A stretch of 64,000 bases of DNA. Source: the human T2T-CHM13v2.0 reference genome, Homo sapiens. Of this stretch, positions 1 to 14,027 are shown one piece after another. Within the stretch, counting starts at the first letter, position 1, and each line of letters starts with the position of its first letter. Made by a program: the position numbers and the translations under genes. The stretch lies in NCBI RefSeq assembly GCF_009914755.1, contig NC_060930.1. One strand, 5' to 3'. The notes under the pieces are model-generated. The model did no database searches. It saw nothing but the letters and a program-made list of their open reading frames with translations, and was not told the origin of the DNA.

Positions 1-935
1 TTAATTTCAAGAATCTCAGTGTAACAAATATGTAGATTGAATAAAAAGATCCACAGAAGAGATGAAAAGTATTTAGAGAAACAGAAGTATTGATGTATTC
101 CTACAGAATTACAGATTAAAAACACTAAATGCAGACCTCGACGAAATAATAATAACCCTGGGGCTGAATAACTGAATATAAATATTCAAAGGGTGTATAT
201 CCAAGAAAAAAAATGTAAGTGATTTAACTGGACATCAGGAGCACAAATAATTGGTAAATACGATTGACTTGCTCATTTTAGTTTGGACAAATTAATCTGA
301 TATATGTCTAGTTAAAACTGGAGACCTTCCTTTCTTCTAGCTTGGTCAGTGCTTAATCACCATAGACATACTACTATGTTCTTGGCTTCGATAAAACTGC
401 TCAGCCTACACAAAATAATTCTCTCCACTAGGCTTTCTTTTCATCTTGCTTTACCAGAAATTTAAATCATTACAATGTGTGAAGAAGGCCTTGCCTAAGG
501 CATTTTCTCTAAAAATGTATCTGATAAAGAAAGTGAATGTGTTATTTAGAAAGGAGAGAAGCATCCTGAGATCTCTTCATAATAGGTGCCCTAATTTGTT
601 CATAGAGGTTTTTAGTTGCCTTCTTAGAAAGGAAAGCAACATAGTTCCGAAGGGAAAAGTTCTGTAGAAATTAATTTCACTGGAAATATGCCTATACTTA
701 GCATTGATAAGCCCTTACCTAGCTGAACAACCTAATTTTGTAGAATTCTGAAGGGCATGCTCAGAAAATAGTTACTGGTTGAAGGACAGTACTCTTAGGG
801 GGAGGAACTTTTCAGAATCCTCACATGTTATATTTTGTTACAAATTTGAAATTTGATTGATGAATCACTTTGTTATTTATGTATCTCAAAGCTAACTCAG
901 TAATCTCCAAAGTGTATTATTTAAAATTCTTAATT

Positions 936-1167
936 CAGGGCTTAGCAATTTACAACCTGAGAGCCAAATCCAGATACTGTCTGTTTTGTAAATACAGTTC
1001 TATTAAAACACATCCATGCTCATTTGTTTATAGATGTCTGTGGCTACTTTTCCTATGCAAATCTGCTATGATGGAGTTAAATAGTTGCAACATAGACCAT
1101 GTGGCCACCAACAATGGCTAAAATATTCACTATCTAGCCTCTTATAGAAGAGGGTTGCCAACTCTTT
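936..1167 (+). mobile_element. MER58A-like hAT-Charlie MITE
   Basis: Starts cagggcttagcaatt and ends gttgccaactct (degenerate TIRs). Internal aaaacacatccatgctcatttgttta...aaaatattcactatctagcc follows the recalled MER58A consensus over about 230 bp. Confidence 0.8.
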
Positions 1168-1209
1168 CTCTAGTTCTTTTGGGATGTATTAATAAGTATT
1201 ACCTGATCA

Positions 1210-1440
<231 letters not shown>

Positions 1441-1645
1441 TGGGAGACATTTTACTTCGTTAAATAACATTAAAGTTTTCTGTAAAATTTCTGAGTCTTT
1501 AACATTTGAATCCTCAATATTCAATGGCTCACAAATTTATTCGAGACCACAAAATCCTTTTTTATGAACTATCTTGAAGTACCTGTTTTCTGTAGAATAT
1601 GCTTAAAGGAACTACAATATTCACTCAATTAAAAGTAATATTAGC

Positions 1646-2219
<574 letters not shown>

Positions 2220-3589
2220 AAAAGTAATATTAATAGATCATCCAATAGGTGACAAACATTAGAGATTTAAAGTTGTATCAGATACTAGCTTTGCCCTTGA
2301 AGAGCTCAGTGATTATTAGGGATTCAAACATTAAACAAATAATTGCAGTGCAGTTCAGGAAGTCCTAACCTAGGATTTACATGCTGATCAGTATTAGTTC
2401 AAAGGAAAGAAAAATCAACTTTCATTAGGGTAGGTGAAAGTTAGAAATCATAAGAAAGGTATAGAGAATATACATGAACCATGTATGCTTTCAAGAATGT
2501 ACAAAAATTTTCCCTGCAGAAAATGTAGAGAATGTCATCCCAGACAAAAGAGACAAATATATCTATAAAAATAAAATTTTTGTTTTGGAAACTACAAGGA
2601 ATTTGCTTTTGAGAAGTCGGCAAGATATTTGGTTCAAGAAGTAGGTAGCTCTCATATCCCTAACCTTGAGCATGTGTGAAGGACCTATGAGAAACAGAAT
2701 TAATGACCAAGATAGAGACATAACATCACATACCATCTGTGTTAGTGCCATACAAAATGATGAAGCAAATCAGTAGTGCTTCCACTTCCCTCCAAAAGCA
2801 AGAGTTTGGAAACTAAAATGAAACATGATATTTAGAGATAACATGGAAAGTTTTCAGTAATAACGTAATTGTAGCTTCATCCCTGAGGCAGTGTTCAACT
2901 TCTCCTTCAGATAACTAATGGGGAAATTCGTTGAAAATATGGATGCCTGCCAGGTAGACAGGGGAATTTTGACTTTAAAAAAAGATTGCAGATTTCATGG
3001 AGGAGAGCTATTCCCAATCTGCCTGACAAGGAATAATACAAATTTCCACAGTGTTAGCCTGACTATATTTGGAAACTCAACCAATAAAAATGCCTGGCAC
3101 AGAGATTGGCATGATCCATAGATAGATTTGGAAAAAAAAATCAATAAAATTTTAAAAGATGCTTTGGAAACCACAGATAAACTATAGGCCAACAGACCCC
3201 TGGTAAATAGTTGGCTATTAGTATACATAGCTTTTTATGTTTCACGATGGTGACAGGGCCTCTGGTAAAGGCTGCTGTGGAAAAGATCTAGAAACATTAA
3301 CAAATATATTTTCTGTTCATAATTTTCAAATTCTGCCTGAATTTTCTGCCTTACCATTTTTCTCTTCAATTCCATTGCTTTTTCTCCAGATAACCTTTCT
3401 ATCTGTCTCTGAGTCCTAAGGAATCCACTCCTTGGCTTTTCCAACTTTGTCTTGTTTACACAGCCTCTGACTCTGCAATAGTAACTACACTGAGATGATA
3501 AGGTGTCTCTGATATGAAACTTCTCAACCTTTTTCTCTTTTATCTAAAAATGTCTATAGATCCATACCAGTTTTCTCTTCTTTCCCTTC

Positions 3590-4180
3590 TTCTTTCTTAA
3601 AAGAAAAAAGTGTCCTCACTCCTTTCCAAGCTAGCCTTTTAACATGTTATTTTTGATCCCATTTGAGCTCCCAGAACTTGCCTCATAACTTTTCTCTTTT
3701 TTCATCACCCTCAATCTTGTCTTCATGTTGGCTTCTTTCTTCATCTGCAAATACACTAAAGGTTCTCCAATTCTAGGTAGATTTTTCCTCAAATCTGCCT
3801 TTCAACCTCTTCCCTTTTCATTCCTCTGAACACCCATAGGAGTAATTCTCCCTCGATTCCTCTATTCAACATTGCTCACTTTCACCTTACCCTTAGTCTA
3901 GGTTTTAATCTTATACGGCTTCCATAACACTCCTCTTTAAAATAACCAGTAATGTCATTGCCTAGTCTAAGAGTTTTGACTGTTTCCTTATCATGCTTTA
4001 TCAGAAGCAGTTGACAATATTAAATGGAGCCTCCTTCATGAGATTTACCTCCTCTGTCTCCAGCGACTTTGAAACTCCTTCTGTTTCTTTTCCTACTCCT
4101 TCTCTCACCAAGTACATCATGTGTTTCTCAAAGTTCTGTTCTTCCCTCTTTCCTCTTCTCTGTATTTTTATAATCCTTTT
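3590..4180 (+). mobile_element. L2 LINE fragment (ancient)
   Basis: Pyrimidine-rich stretch resembling the L2 RT region (aataaccagtaatgtcattgcctagtctaa...tcagaagcagttgacaatatt...ctccttc). Boundaries approximate. Confidence 0.6.
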
Positions 4181-4329
4181 GTAAGCCTTTATTCTCTCAC
4201 ACTGGGCTATCATAGAAACACCCAAATTGGACATGGTGCTGTTCTCTCATTTCTCCCAATCATTCTTTAAACTGGCCCAATGACTATTTCATTAAAACAA
4301 ATGTCAGATCATCACAGCAAAAATAAGAA

Positions 4330-4532
4330 CACTTAAAATCTGTATAGAGCTGTATCATTTTCCAAGCACTTTTATTATTAGTGAATGGATAATATTCACT
4401 GTCCTGTCAGTATTATTCTAATACATTTCTGAGCTAATATATTAAGGCACTGAGTAAGTAAATGACTTTCCCAGGGTCACACCATTTATGAAGGGCTGCA
4501 ATCGTATTTGAACTTGTCACCTTTGACTTCCT
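4330..4532 (-). mobile_element. MIR SINE fragment
   Basis: aaggcactgagtaagtaaatgactttcccagggtcacac...atttgaactt...tgacttcc resembles the MIR core in reverse. Confidence 0.6.
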
Positions 4533-5379
4533 AATATTAGGCAGCTGCTTTCATGTCACTCCCCTTTTACCGAAACCATCCCTGAATTTGGAGTATGTGG
4601 TTTCTTATCCAGTGCCCCCTACCTTTCCATCTAATCTCCCACTATATGTAGTAGAATATGTAAAATGCTAAAAGAACACATCACAAAGTGTAAGTGCTAC
4701 ATGGTACATAAAGTTTATTACTATTTCTATTTTCATCTTTCTCACTTTGCCATGTGCTTCCCCAATTCATATCTCTGCTCATACCTTTCCTTTCTTTTCT
4801 CTCTTTACTTTCCGAATCCATGTAAAAGATTCTAATGGATTATCTAAAGGCCCCCATATTAAATGCATTGCTCCTCTAACAGTTCTGCTATCACATGTGC
4901 TTCATTCTGTTTGTATATCTTCCCCAGGAGACTCAGGCCTATTGATGTAAGTGTTATCATCCCTATTTTATAAGTTCATACCTAGTCTTAGAAAGCCTAC
5001 GCAGTTTGGCTTCTCAAAAGGTGAGTGAGTTAGACTCAGTCAAGTTCCCCAACTGGAAATAATCCAATTTTTACAAGGCAAAATGGAGAAGACTGTTACA
5101 TAAATAGATGTAAATAATCTTTTATGTCAATCCCAGACACATCTTTATTTTCAACATGTGACAATGCAGTGATTGCTATTAATATGTACCCTTTTCTTGT
5201 TTAATATCTTCAATTAAAAAAATCATGGTTGTTCATATTTATTTAGGGCTCTTATTTTCACATCTTTTGTTCTTTGGAGCATCCTAATTTATACATCTAA
5301 GATAAACTCATTATGGTGAAGATTAAAAAAATTTAATAAGATTATGATTCTAAATATGCAACACTCTCATTGTTGACTT

Positions 5380-5730
5380 TTTGGACTATGTAAAAAGTCA
5401 AAAAAAATTCTCACCTATTCATACCTTCCAGAAGATAATAATTCTTAACAATTTAATGTATTAGCATCCTGTTTTTCATTTACACATAACAAAAATGAAA
5501 TGATTGCAGATACAATTTTGTACATTATTTCATTCACCTAATATGATATATGTCCTCATGCCTTTAATTATTTCATAAACACCATTTTAATGCCCTCAGA
5601 GCACCTCATCATCGATGTATCAAATTTTATTTAATCATTTTTAAAATTTGGGTGTTTTATATTACTGTCCGTTGTTACTATCACAAATAATGTTGTGATG
5701 AATTTTTTGTACATAAATCTTTATTTGTTC
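5380..5730 (-). mobile_element. Ancient L1M (L1ME-like) 3' fragment
   Basis: ttactatcacaaataatgttgtgatgaattttttgtacataaatc and upstream motifs match old L1 ORF2-end/3'UTR in reverse. Confidence 0.55.
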
Positions 5731-6923
5731 TTCAGAGTATAGAATTATACAATCTTGAGTTCATACTTTGATTCTGCCTTTTTTTACAACTTTACTTCAA
5801 ATCATAGGTCCTATAAGTCACTAGAGTATTGAATGGGAACCCTTAAGAATAAAAGCATTTGAGAACATAAAACAGCAGACTAGGTAATCCACTTTGTCAG
5901 TAGAAAGGCTGAAAAATTTTATAAATCAGATACCATGAGGGTGCCAAAAAAAGAGCACTAGTGACCCAGGTGGAAGTTCCTGTTTACAGTAGATCTACAC
6001 ATGTTCTGTACCTGTCATCATAAAATTGAATTTGTCTGGATGGTTTGTTGAGATGGGCAAAAAAGAGTTTCTGTAATGCTCTGTTTTTAAGTAGAAAGTT
6101 TCTTTGTTATAACCTATGGAATAAAACGATTGTCCTTAAAACTCTAAATCTTGCAAATCTGGTTTTACATGTTTGTTTTAAGAAATTGAATTTACCCACT
6201 ATATGTTTGTTATAGCAAATTGTATTTATTAGGATATGTTTGCTGTAGAAAATTGAATTTACTTCCCTAAGTCATAATATACACATCAGCACAGTAATGA
6301 TGAACTAACTCACTGTCTGTGCCATCACTAATTTTATTCGGTAACTTTAGCAAATGGCATGAATTCACTGAGAATCATAATCTTCTGCGTTTGCTTTCTT
6401 CTACATGACTTTTTGAGAAAAATTAATTAGAATAACAACAACTTCACTCTTAAAGAATACACAAAAATTTTTTTACATCAAGATCCACTTCTAAAAACTG
6501 GATTCAAAGGAAAATGTTACCAAATTTCAAGGATCTTTATACATTTTACAAAAGATATTTATATAAAAACTCATTTATTCAACAGATTCATATTAAGCAT
6601 TGATTATTCCGAATGCTAAACAGGGATACAGTCCACGATGAAAAATAAATGGGTCCAAAGTCATAGTCCCAGTGATGATGAATGAGGGTACTCAAGGTAC
6701 TATGCCTTTCCCAGTACTGAGTATCATTACTTTAAATCTTGATGGTTTTATTTGCCAAATAAAGCATACCATTTTATTAATTTGCTTAACTGTTACTAAA
6801 ACTGATGTTAAAATTCTCCTTATATCTATTTCCCTTTTCATTTACTCATTTTTCTTCTGGGATTTTTCATTTAATTTAGTCATGGGTGTGCATTATATTA
6901 AGGCAAATATAATTTTGTATCAA

Positions 6924-7070
6924 ATATATATATTATATATTTTACATGTAGAATATATATATTTATAATTATATATATAATATATAAATTATATATAAAT
7001 ATATATAAATTATATATAAAATATATAAATATAAATCTATAAAATATATATATAATGTATATTTATATAT
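6924..7070. repeat. (TA)n-rich low-complexity tract
   Basis: About 150 bp almost entirely A/T, built from atatataaatt-like units. Confidence 0.9.
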
Positions 7071-7399
7071 TTTACACGTAGAATAGTTTTTATTTCCATC
7101 TATTGTTTTTATGATACCTGATATCATTTTATGCTTATAAATTTTTTTGTCCCAAGATCAGGCCTACCTCTGGCCACCTGCCTGATACCACAGCATAGCA
7201 CACGCTTGGAAGTAACATTTACATGTCAGACAGTGTGAACAGCACCCTCAGCAGATATGTAATGAATAGGTCCCTGAACATACCATCATGTCACACCTAT
7301 TCTGGAGTGCCTTGTTCACAGGTCTCCCCTGCTCTCAAATTCCCAAACCCTTATGCAAGTTTTAATCATGCCCCAAGGTATGCATGCATATGCACATAC

Positions 7400-7433
7400 C
7401 ACACACACACACACACACACAGATACACACACA
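7400..7433. repeat. (CA)n microsatellite, interrupted
   Basis: Directly visible. Confidence 0.9.
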
Positions 7434-8949
7434 ACCAAATAGGATGTGGCTAAGTATGAGATGCCAGAAAGTTTGACTCTTTGCAAGGTGACTCTACCAG
7501 GCTCCATTCATATGATGCTTCCTCCCATTTTTCTTTAGGTTTGGCAAATTTACAATAACTTTGATGAGACTTGGGAGTGAGAAGCCTAAGTCTGACTCAG
7601 CAGGTCTTTTCCTAAATCCTGAGTTCTCTTAAATAAGAGTCTAACTTCCAAAAGCCTTTATTCACACTCACCAGTACAAGTTCTGATTATCTTATCAATG
7701 CTTGAGCCTAAGGGAGATCAGTGATGGTCACTTGCCTTTACCCCCACTTCCATTTGCTTATACCTGAAGTCCTGTCCAGTCATATCCAGCAGAATTTTAA
7801 AAAATAAAAGATGGCCAATAAACTAGACCAAAGGACAAAAAGATAATCGGTGAAACCTCACCTCAAAGATGGCAGAGGACAGGAGTTTAAGAAAACAAAG
7901 GGACAGTTGAATGGACACTAAGGAGAAAGAGAGGTTCCCAAAGAAGGGATATAAACACTTCCTGAGAAATCCAGAGATGTTCAACCCCTAGAAATAAGAA
8001 GAAAGACACATTGGGAATAGGTGTTTAAGATGTAGATGAGGCAAGATCAATAAAATAGAGGCACATATGTGCCACGAAGGGACACTCCATGTGAATTATA
8101 ATAGGCAACTTATGGCTCACCTCAAGAACAGTTATGTCCATTGTTCTGAACTTTGACATATGCACCCACATTATTGAACTTACAAAGCTTAAGGAGTGGA
8201 AAGAGATCAAATGCATTTGGAACTGATGATAAACGTATGTGACAGAATGTGCCTGTACTTTGGGTGATATCATTGAGTGAATACACATATAGAAGAAAGC
8301 TTTAATTTTCATTTTTTGCCAAAACTCATGTCAACTTTAAAATATGCTCATATTTCATTAACAAGAAAACAAAATATCCTGTCATAAAAATGCTTTTACC
8401 TTAGTTTTATTGTTTTGTTTTGTTTAATTTTTATTTCTGGAATTCATTTTTTCAAGAGTCCTACCTGAACTCTATTCACATCTAACCATATGGCTCTGAC
8501 AATTAAATTGTTTTTATTATCACAAACTTCTTCTTATGGACCAAATGCCAAATCAGTCTCAAACGGCACCATCGATGTTTCCAATTGTTTTAAAATACAC
8601 ATCTTTTTAAATCTAAGCATAACAATGTAATAGCTTATAAAATTGTACAATTCCTCTTTATGAAAAAGCAATCTATGCCTTAACTTAGCTTTGGGTGTGT
8701 TTTTAATGTATATCTCAGTATTTTCATCACTTAAGCCAGAGAGTTGCTATCTAATATTAATGCCAACTTAAATCAAGCATATTCAATATGCCAAACTATT
8801 CCCTCTTTCTAGTTCCTAGAAAAAGACGTATTCATCTTTGGTTAAACACACTTATCAGAATGAAAGGGAAGGTTTTGCTAAATATTGGGTTCTTTTGGAA
8901 AGTCGCATTTTCTTCCTCCCCCCACCACCACAACCATCACACTGACAAT

Positions 8950-9160
8950 CTCTTTTAGGCTCTTCTCTGTATCACAGAGGCTAGAAGCCAAGGAACTGCA
9001 ACTCCTGAACTCCCCTGCTCTCAGTATTCTAAATGCATTTAGAGTTCTGCCAATAGGAAGCCCTTGCTCAAGATTTGGAAGGAGAAATAGAATCACTCTG
9101 GGTCCATTTCTCTTTTCCCACAGGAGGCAGATACAAGGATTTCTCAGCTGTAAGTGTTGG
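8950..9160. mobile_element. ERVL LTR fragment (LTR33/LTR16-like)
   Basis: gaggctagaagccaaggaactgcaactcctgaactcccctgc...gttctgccaatagg...agatttggaagg resembles LTR33. Confidence 0.5.
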
Positions 9161-10169
9161 CAGCAGCCTTCAATCTCTTAACATTCACCTGCCTTGGGGT
9201 TGAATTAGACTGCTCTCATCTTAAGGGATATTTCTGATTCTCAATATCATCAATATAAACATCTGGAAATTACTGACGAAAAATCTGGAAGGGGAACATT
9301 AGAAAAGGAAAAATATTTCCAATTAACCAACTCAAGTCACAGAGATCAACACTGCTACAAAAATTGATTGAATTGTCCTGAGACCAGACAAAAGTGTAAG
9401 AAATAATTTACATAAGTTTCCACCTGTCATGGGTATCAAAAAGACAAAAAGGCTCAAAAGCAAATAGAAAGCTTCTTCATTGTGCCCAGAGTGATCTATT
9501 TATCAGGGCAGAGAGGTAAGAAGAACTAAGGTGGAAAAACTCTCAGAGGAGTGCTACTCCCTCAAATCTTACCCTGGAACAGATTCACTAGAAGGAGAGC
9601 TTCAGTCAGTAATACTTGTATGAGAGATTTATTGAGGAAGGAAGTGGCTGGGGCTGGGAAAGAAGATGAGCAAAGATATGGTTTCAGATAAGCTTGGGAG
9701 TCTGATGGCTCCACAGAGTTTTTCACCTGGATGAAAGGGGGCTGGGCTCTGGCTGGGAAACGCAGCACCAGGGCATGGCTCATCCTCTCAGCTAAGGATG
9801 TTGGTGGGGCACCAACATCCACTGCAAGCCCTACAGCAGAGCTACTTTTTGTTTGCATGCAATGTACACCTATACTCACTGACAGCCAGACCCAAATCCA
9901 TGTCCCATCACAGAAGAAATTTTATGCCTATAGTACTAATACCAGGACCACGGAAGAAAAATGAGATGTACTCTATCACCAATTCTGTTCAATTTTCCAG
10001 AAACAGTAAGTTCTTTTTAAGACATTGATAAGATGATTTATCTTTGGATATTCTAAAAGTGCCATCATAGCTATATTTTAAACAGTTGTATACATTCCAC
10101 TGAAGATCAAGTTAGAGACTAAAATTAACCTCTAAAATGAAAGAAACGGAAATACCTTCATACAATGAA

Positions 10170-10985
10170 AATCTTATATACCAATGTATCTGTTTCTGAG
10201 CTCTCTACTCTGATCCACTGGTAAATTTATTTATCCCTTTGCCAATATTATATTGCCTTAATTCATGGAGCTTTTTATTAGTATATTCAGTAAGACAAAT
10301 TCCTATATCTGTTTCTTCTTCAGGAAAGTTTTGGTTATTCTTGAGCCTTTATGTTTTCATTTAAATTTTAAAACCAACTTGTCAAGTTCCTTAAAAAAAA
10401 AAGTTCTGGTGACATTTTGAACGTAATCCCATTCAGGCCATAGAACAAAGTTAGGAAGAACATTATTGAGTCTTCCTATCTATGAGTATGTCGTGTTTTT
10501 TTCTTTTATTTGTGTCTTATTTAAGGTTGTTTAATAAACTCTTAATAATAAGATTTTGATAGATATTTTTCTAGGTGTCATGCTTTTATGTTATTATCAA
10601 TGGTATCTTTTTGCAAATAACTTTTTCCAACTGTTGCTGTTTAAAATAATCATTGATTCTTGCATTTTAATTTTATATCCTTCTACCTTATTACTTTCAT
10701 TAATGCCAGTAATTCATCTGTAAATACTTTTGGTTTTCTATATTATCATCTTATATAATAATAATAGTTATAGTTCTTCCTTTACAGATTCTAAATCATT
10801 TATTTATATGTCTTTCTTCTTTGTCTAGGCTATTACAATATTGAATTAAAATAATATTAGACATCATTGTCCATTCCTGACTGTAAAGTAAATACTTCTA
10901 ATGTTTTCACTGATGTTTGGTACAGGAATTTTGTTGATATTCTTTATCACTTAAGGAAAGATTTCTACTCATATCTTTAAAACAA
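10170..10985 (-). mobile_element. Ancient L1M ORF2 fragment
   Basis: tatctgtttctgagctctctactctgatccactgg and ttttggttattcttgagcctttatgttttcatttaaattttaaaaccaacttgtcaagttcc are reverse L1 ORF2 motifs. Confidence 0.75.
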
Positions 10986-10991
10986 CTTCAT

Positions 10992-11271
<280 letters not shown>

Positions 11272-11368
11272 TTACATTTTATGTCTAAAAGTTCTGTTTA
11301 ATTCTTGTTAAAAATTTCCAGGTCATTCTGAATAGTTTTTATTGCTTGCTTATTATTGTAATTCCATC

Positions 11369-13590
11369 TTTTATTATCTTTTTCATTAACTTTTATTTTA
11401 GGTTCAGGGTACATGTGCAGGTTTCTTATGTAGGTAAACTCATGTCACAGGGATTTGTTGTACAGTTATTTCATCACCCAAATATTAAGCCTAGTAACCA
11501 ACAGTTATATTTTCTCATCCTCTCCTCACACCCTCTACGTTCAGGTAGGCCCCAGTTTGTGTTGTTCTCCTCTATGTATCTATGCACTCCCATCATTTAG
11601 CTCCCCCTTATTAATGAGAATATGCGGTATTTGGTTTTCTGTTCCTGCATTAGTTTGCTAAAAATAATGGCCTCCAGTTTCATCCATGTTCCTGCAAAGG
11701 ACATTATCTTGTTCTTTTTTGTGACCATACAGTATTCCATGATGTGTATGGACCAAATTTCCTTTACGCAGTCTGTCATTAATGGGCATTGAAGTTGATT
11801 CCATGTCTTTGCTATTGTGAATATTACTGTAATGAACATACATGTGCATGTGTCTTTATGACAGAATGATTTATATTCCTTTGTGTATATACCCAGTAAT
11901 GGGATTGCTGGGTCGAATGGTAGTTTTATTGTTAGCTCTTTGAGGAATCACCACACTGCTTTCCACAATGGTTGAACTAATTTACACTCCCAACAATAGT
12001 GTATAAGTGTTCCTTTTCTTCACAACCTCACTGGCTTCTGTTACATTTTTTAACTTTTTAAGAATAGCCATTCTCACTGGTGTTAGATAGTATCTCATTG
12101 TGGTTTTGATTTGCATTTGTCTAATGAGTGATACTGAGTTTTTTTTTAAATACTTCTTGACCACATGTATGTCATCTAAGAAGTGTCTGTTCATGTCCTT
12201 TGCCCACTTTTTAATGGGGTTGTTTTTCTTGTAAATTTGTTTATGTTCCTTATAGATGCTGGATATTAGACCTTTGTTGAATGCTAGTTTGCAAAAGTGT
12301 TCTCTCATTCTGTAGGTTTTCTGCATATTAGATCTTTGTCAGATGCATAATTTACAAATATTTTCTCCCATTCTGTAGGGAGTCTGTTTACTCTGTTGAT
12401 AGTTTCTTTGCTGTGCAGAAGCTCTTAAGTTTAATTAGATTCCATTTGTCAATTTTTGCTTTTGTTCCAATAGTTTTGGCATCTTCGTCATGAAATCTAA
12501 TGGTATTGCCTAGGTTTCCAAGGTTTTTATAGTTTTGGGTTTTACTTTTCAGTCTTTAATCCATCTTGAGTTCATTTTTGTATATGGTGTAAGGAAAGGG
12601 TCCAGTTTCAATCTTTTGTAAATAGCTAGCCAGTTATCCCAGCACCATTTATTAAATAGGTAGTCCTTTCCTCATTGCTTGTTTTTGTCAGCTTTGTCAA
12701 AGATCAGACGGTTGTAGATGTGTGGCCTTATTTCTGGGCTCTACTAGGGGTCCTCTCCAGCCCCTAGTTGCTTCAGACTCTCCAAATCCCAAAGACAACA
12801 ACAGCTAAGACTGCAAAACAGGAAAGATGGTGACCGGCTCCTCCCTCTGGGAGCTCCATCACGTGGCTGGGGGGTTTGAAAGTGCTGTCAGCCAGAAAAT
12901 ACCGCTGGGGATGGCTATAGGCCTCAAGAGGGAGATTTTGCCCAGCGAAGAGAACCGGGATCGGGACCTGCAAGAGAAAGCAGTCTGGTCGCTTCTCTGC
13001 AGAGCTGCTGCTGGGAGACGGCGCCAGTCCCTAGTTGCGGCGGATTCCCTACAGCCTGACGGCAACCAAGCTAAGGCTGTGAAACAGCAATTACAGCCCA
13101 TCCCTCTCCCTGGTAGTTCCGTCCCACGGAGGCTCCGAACTACAGCCAGCTGGAAAACACCGCCAGGGTGGCTGGCGACCCAGGTCTGGAGGCCCCGCCC
13201 AGTGAAGAGAAGCGGGGTCAGGGACCCGCATAAAAAAGCGCAGTCTGGCCGCTTTTCCCACAGGGCAGCTGTACCGAAGGCACCAACAGCTAAGGCTGCG
13301 AAACAGCAAAGATGACGGCCGCTCCTCCCTTTCGGGAGCTCACCAGGGAGGTGTAATGCTGCTGGCTGGCTGGAGTTCCAAGCCAAAGGTGCCATGGAAG
13401 CCGGGCTTACAGACCATTGCTGCTCAGCTCCCTGGATTCAGCCCCTTTCCCAGGGGTACGTACGGAGGTCTAACCTCCCGCTGTGCCAGGCTTGCAGCCA
13501 CTTTTCCCGAAAACCCGGGTATATGAAGTTCCCTGGGCTCCACATGTGCCTGAGCGGTCGCTATGCCAAAACGCCATCTCCATGTAGCTC
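11369..13590 (-). mobile_element. Internally deleted L1PA13-16-like element: 3'UTR and ORF2 end (11369-12743) fused directly to a 5'UTR (12744-13590)
   Basis: 3'UTR type (ggtaaactcatgtcac...tcatcacccaaatattaagcctagt). ORF2 C-terminal peptides appear in the track at 11597-11839 and 11982-12326. Abrupt switch at about 12743 to a GC-rich 5'UTR with three related internal units (about 12801, 13067, 13287). Confidence 0.8.
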
Positions 13591-13591
13591 T

Positions 13592-13701
13592 ATTTTTTTT
13601 TTTTTTTTTGCCCAGGCTGGAGTGCAGCGGTGATCCGCCTGCTTTGGCCTCCCGAAGTGCTGGGATTCCAGGCGTGAGCCAGTGAGCCACCGCGCCCGGC
13701 C
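13592..13701 (-). mobile_element. Internally deleted Alu (about 110 bp)
   Basis: poly(T), then gcccaggctggagtgcagcgg (right arm), then tgatccgcc...cgcgcccggcc (5' part of left arm). Confidence 0.85.
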
Positions 13702-13705
13702 AACT

Positions 13706-14027
13706 GTTTTTGTTTGTTTGTTTGTTTGTTTGTTTGTTTGTTTTTGAGACGGAGTCTCGCTCTGTTGCCCAGGTTGGATTGCAGTGGCACGATCTGGGCC
13801 CACTGCAACCTCCGCCTCACGGGTTCAAGCGACTCTAGTGCCTTAGCCTCCCGAGTAGCTCGGATTACAGGTGCGGTCCACCACACCCGGCTAATTTTTG
13901 TATTTTTAGTAGAGACTGGGTTGCACCATGTAGGCCAGGCTTGTCTCGAACTCCTGACCTCAAGTGATCCGCCCACCTCGGCTTCCCAAAATGTTGGGAT
14001 TACAGGCATGAGCCACCGCGTCCGGCC
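13706..14027 (-). mobile_element. AluS SINE with (CAAA)n tail
   Basis: Full dimer in reverse; ctcctgacctcaagtgatcc is S-type; (tttg)n tail at 13706-13745. Confidence 0.95.

Larger units (their letters stand above)
12830..14027. promoter_or_regulatory. CpG-island-like region (candidate TE-derived promoter)
   Basis: About 59 CpGs counted by eye in about 1.2 kb, against near-absence in the flanks. GC box ggccccgccc at 13191-13200 and TATA-like cataaaaa at about 13229. Confidence 0.5.

Noticed and set aside
9985-10012. 5-nt microexon (ttttccag AAACA gtaagt)
   Set aside because: Frame-shifting length, no host gene evident, and likely by chance.
12735-12755. Splicing as the cause of the 5'UTR-ORF2 fusion
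   Set aside because: No GT donor is expected at the 5'UTR breakpoint, and the ORF2 side is purine-rich with no pyrimidine tract, unlike the junction in B.
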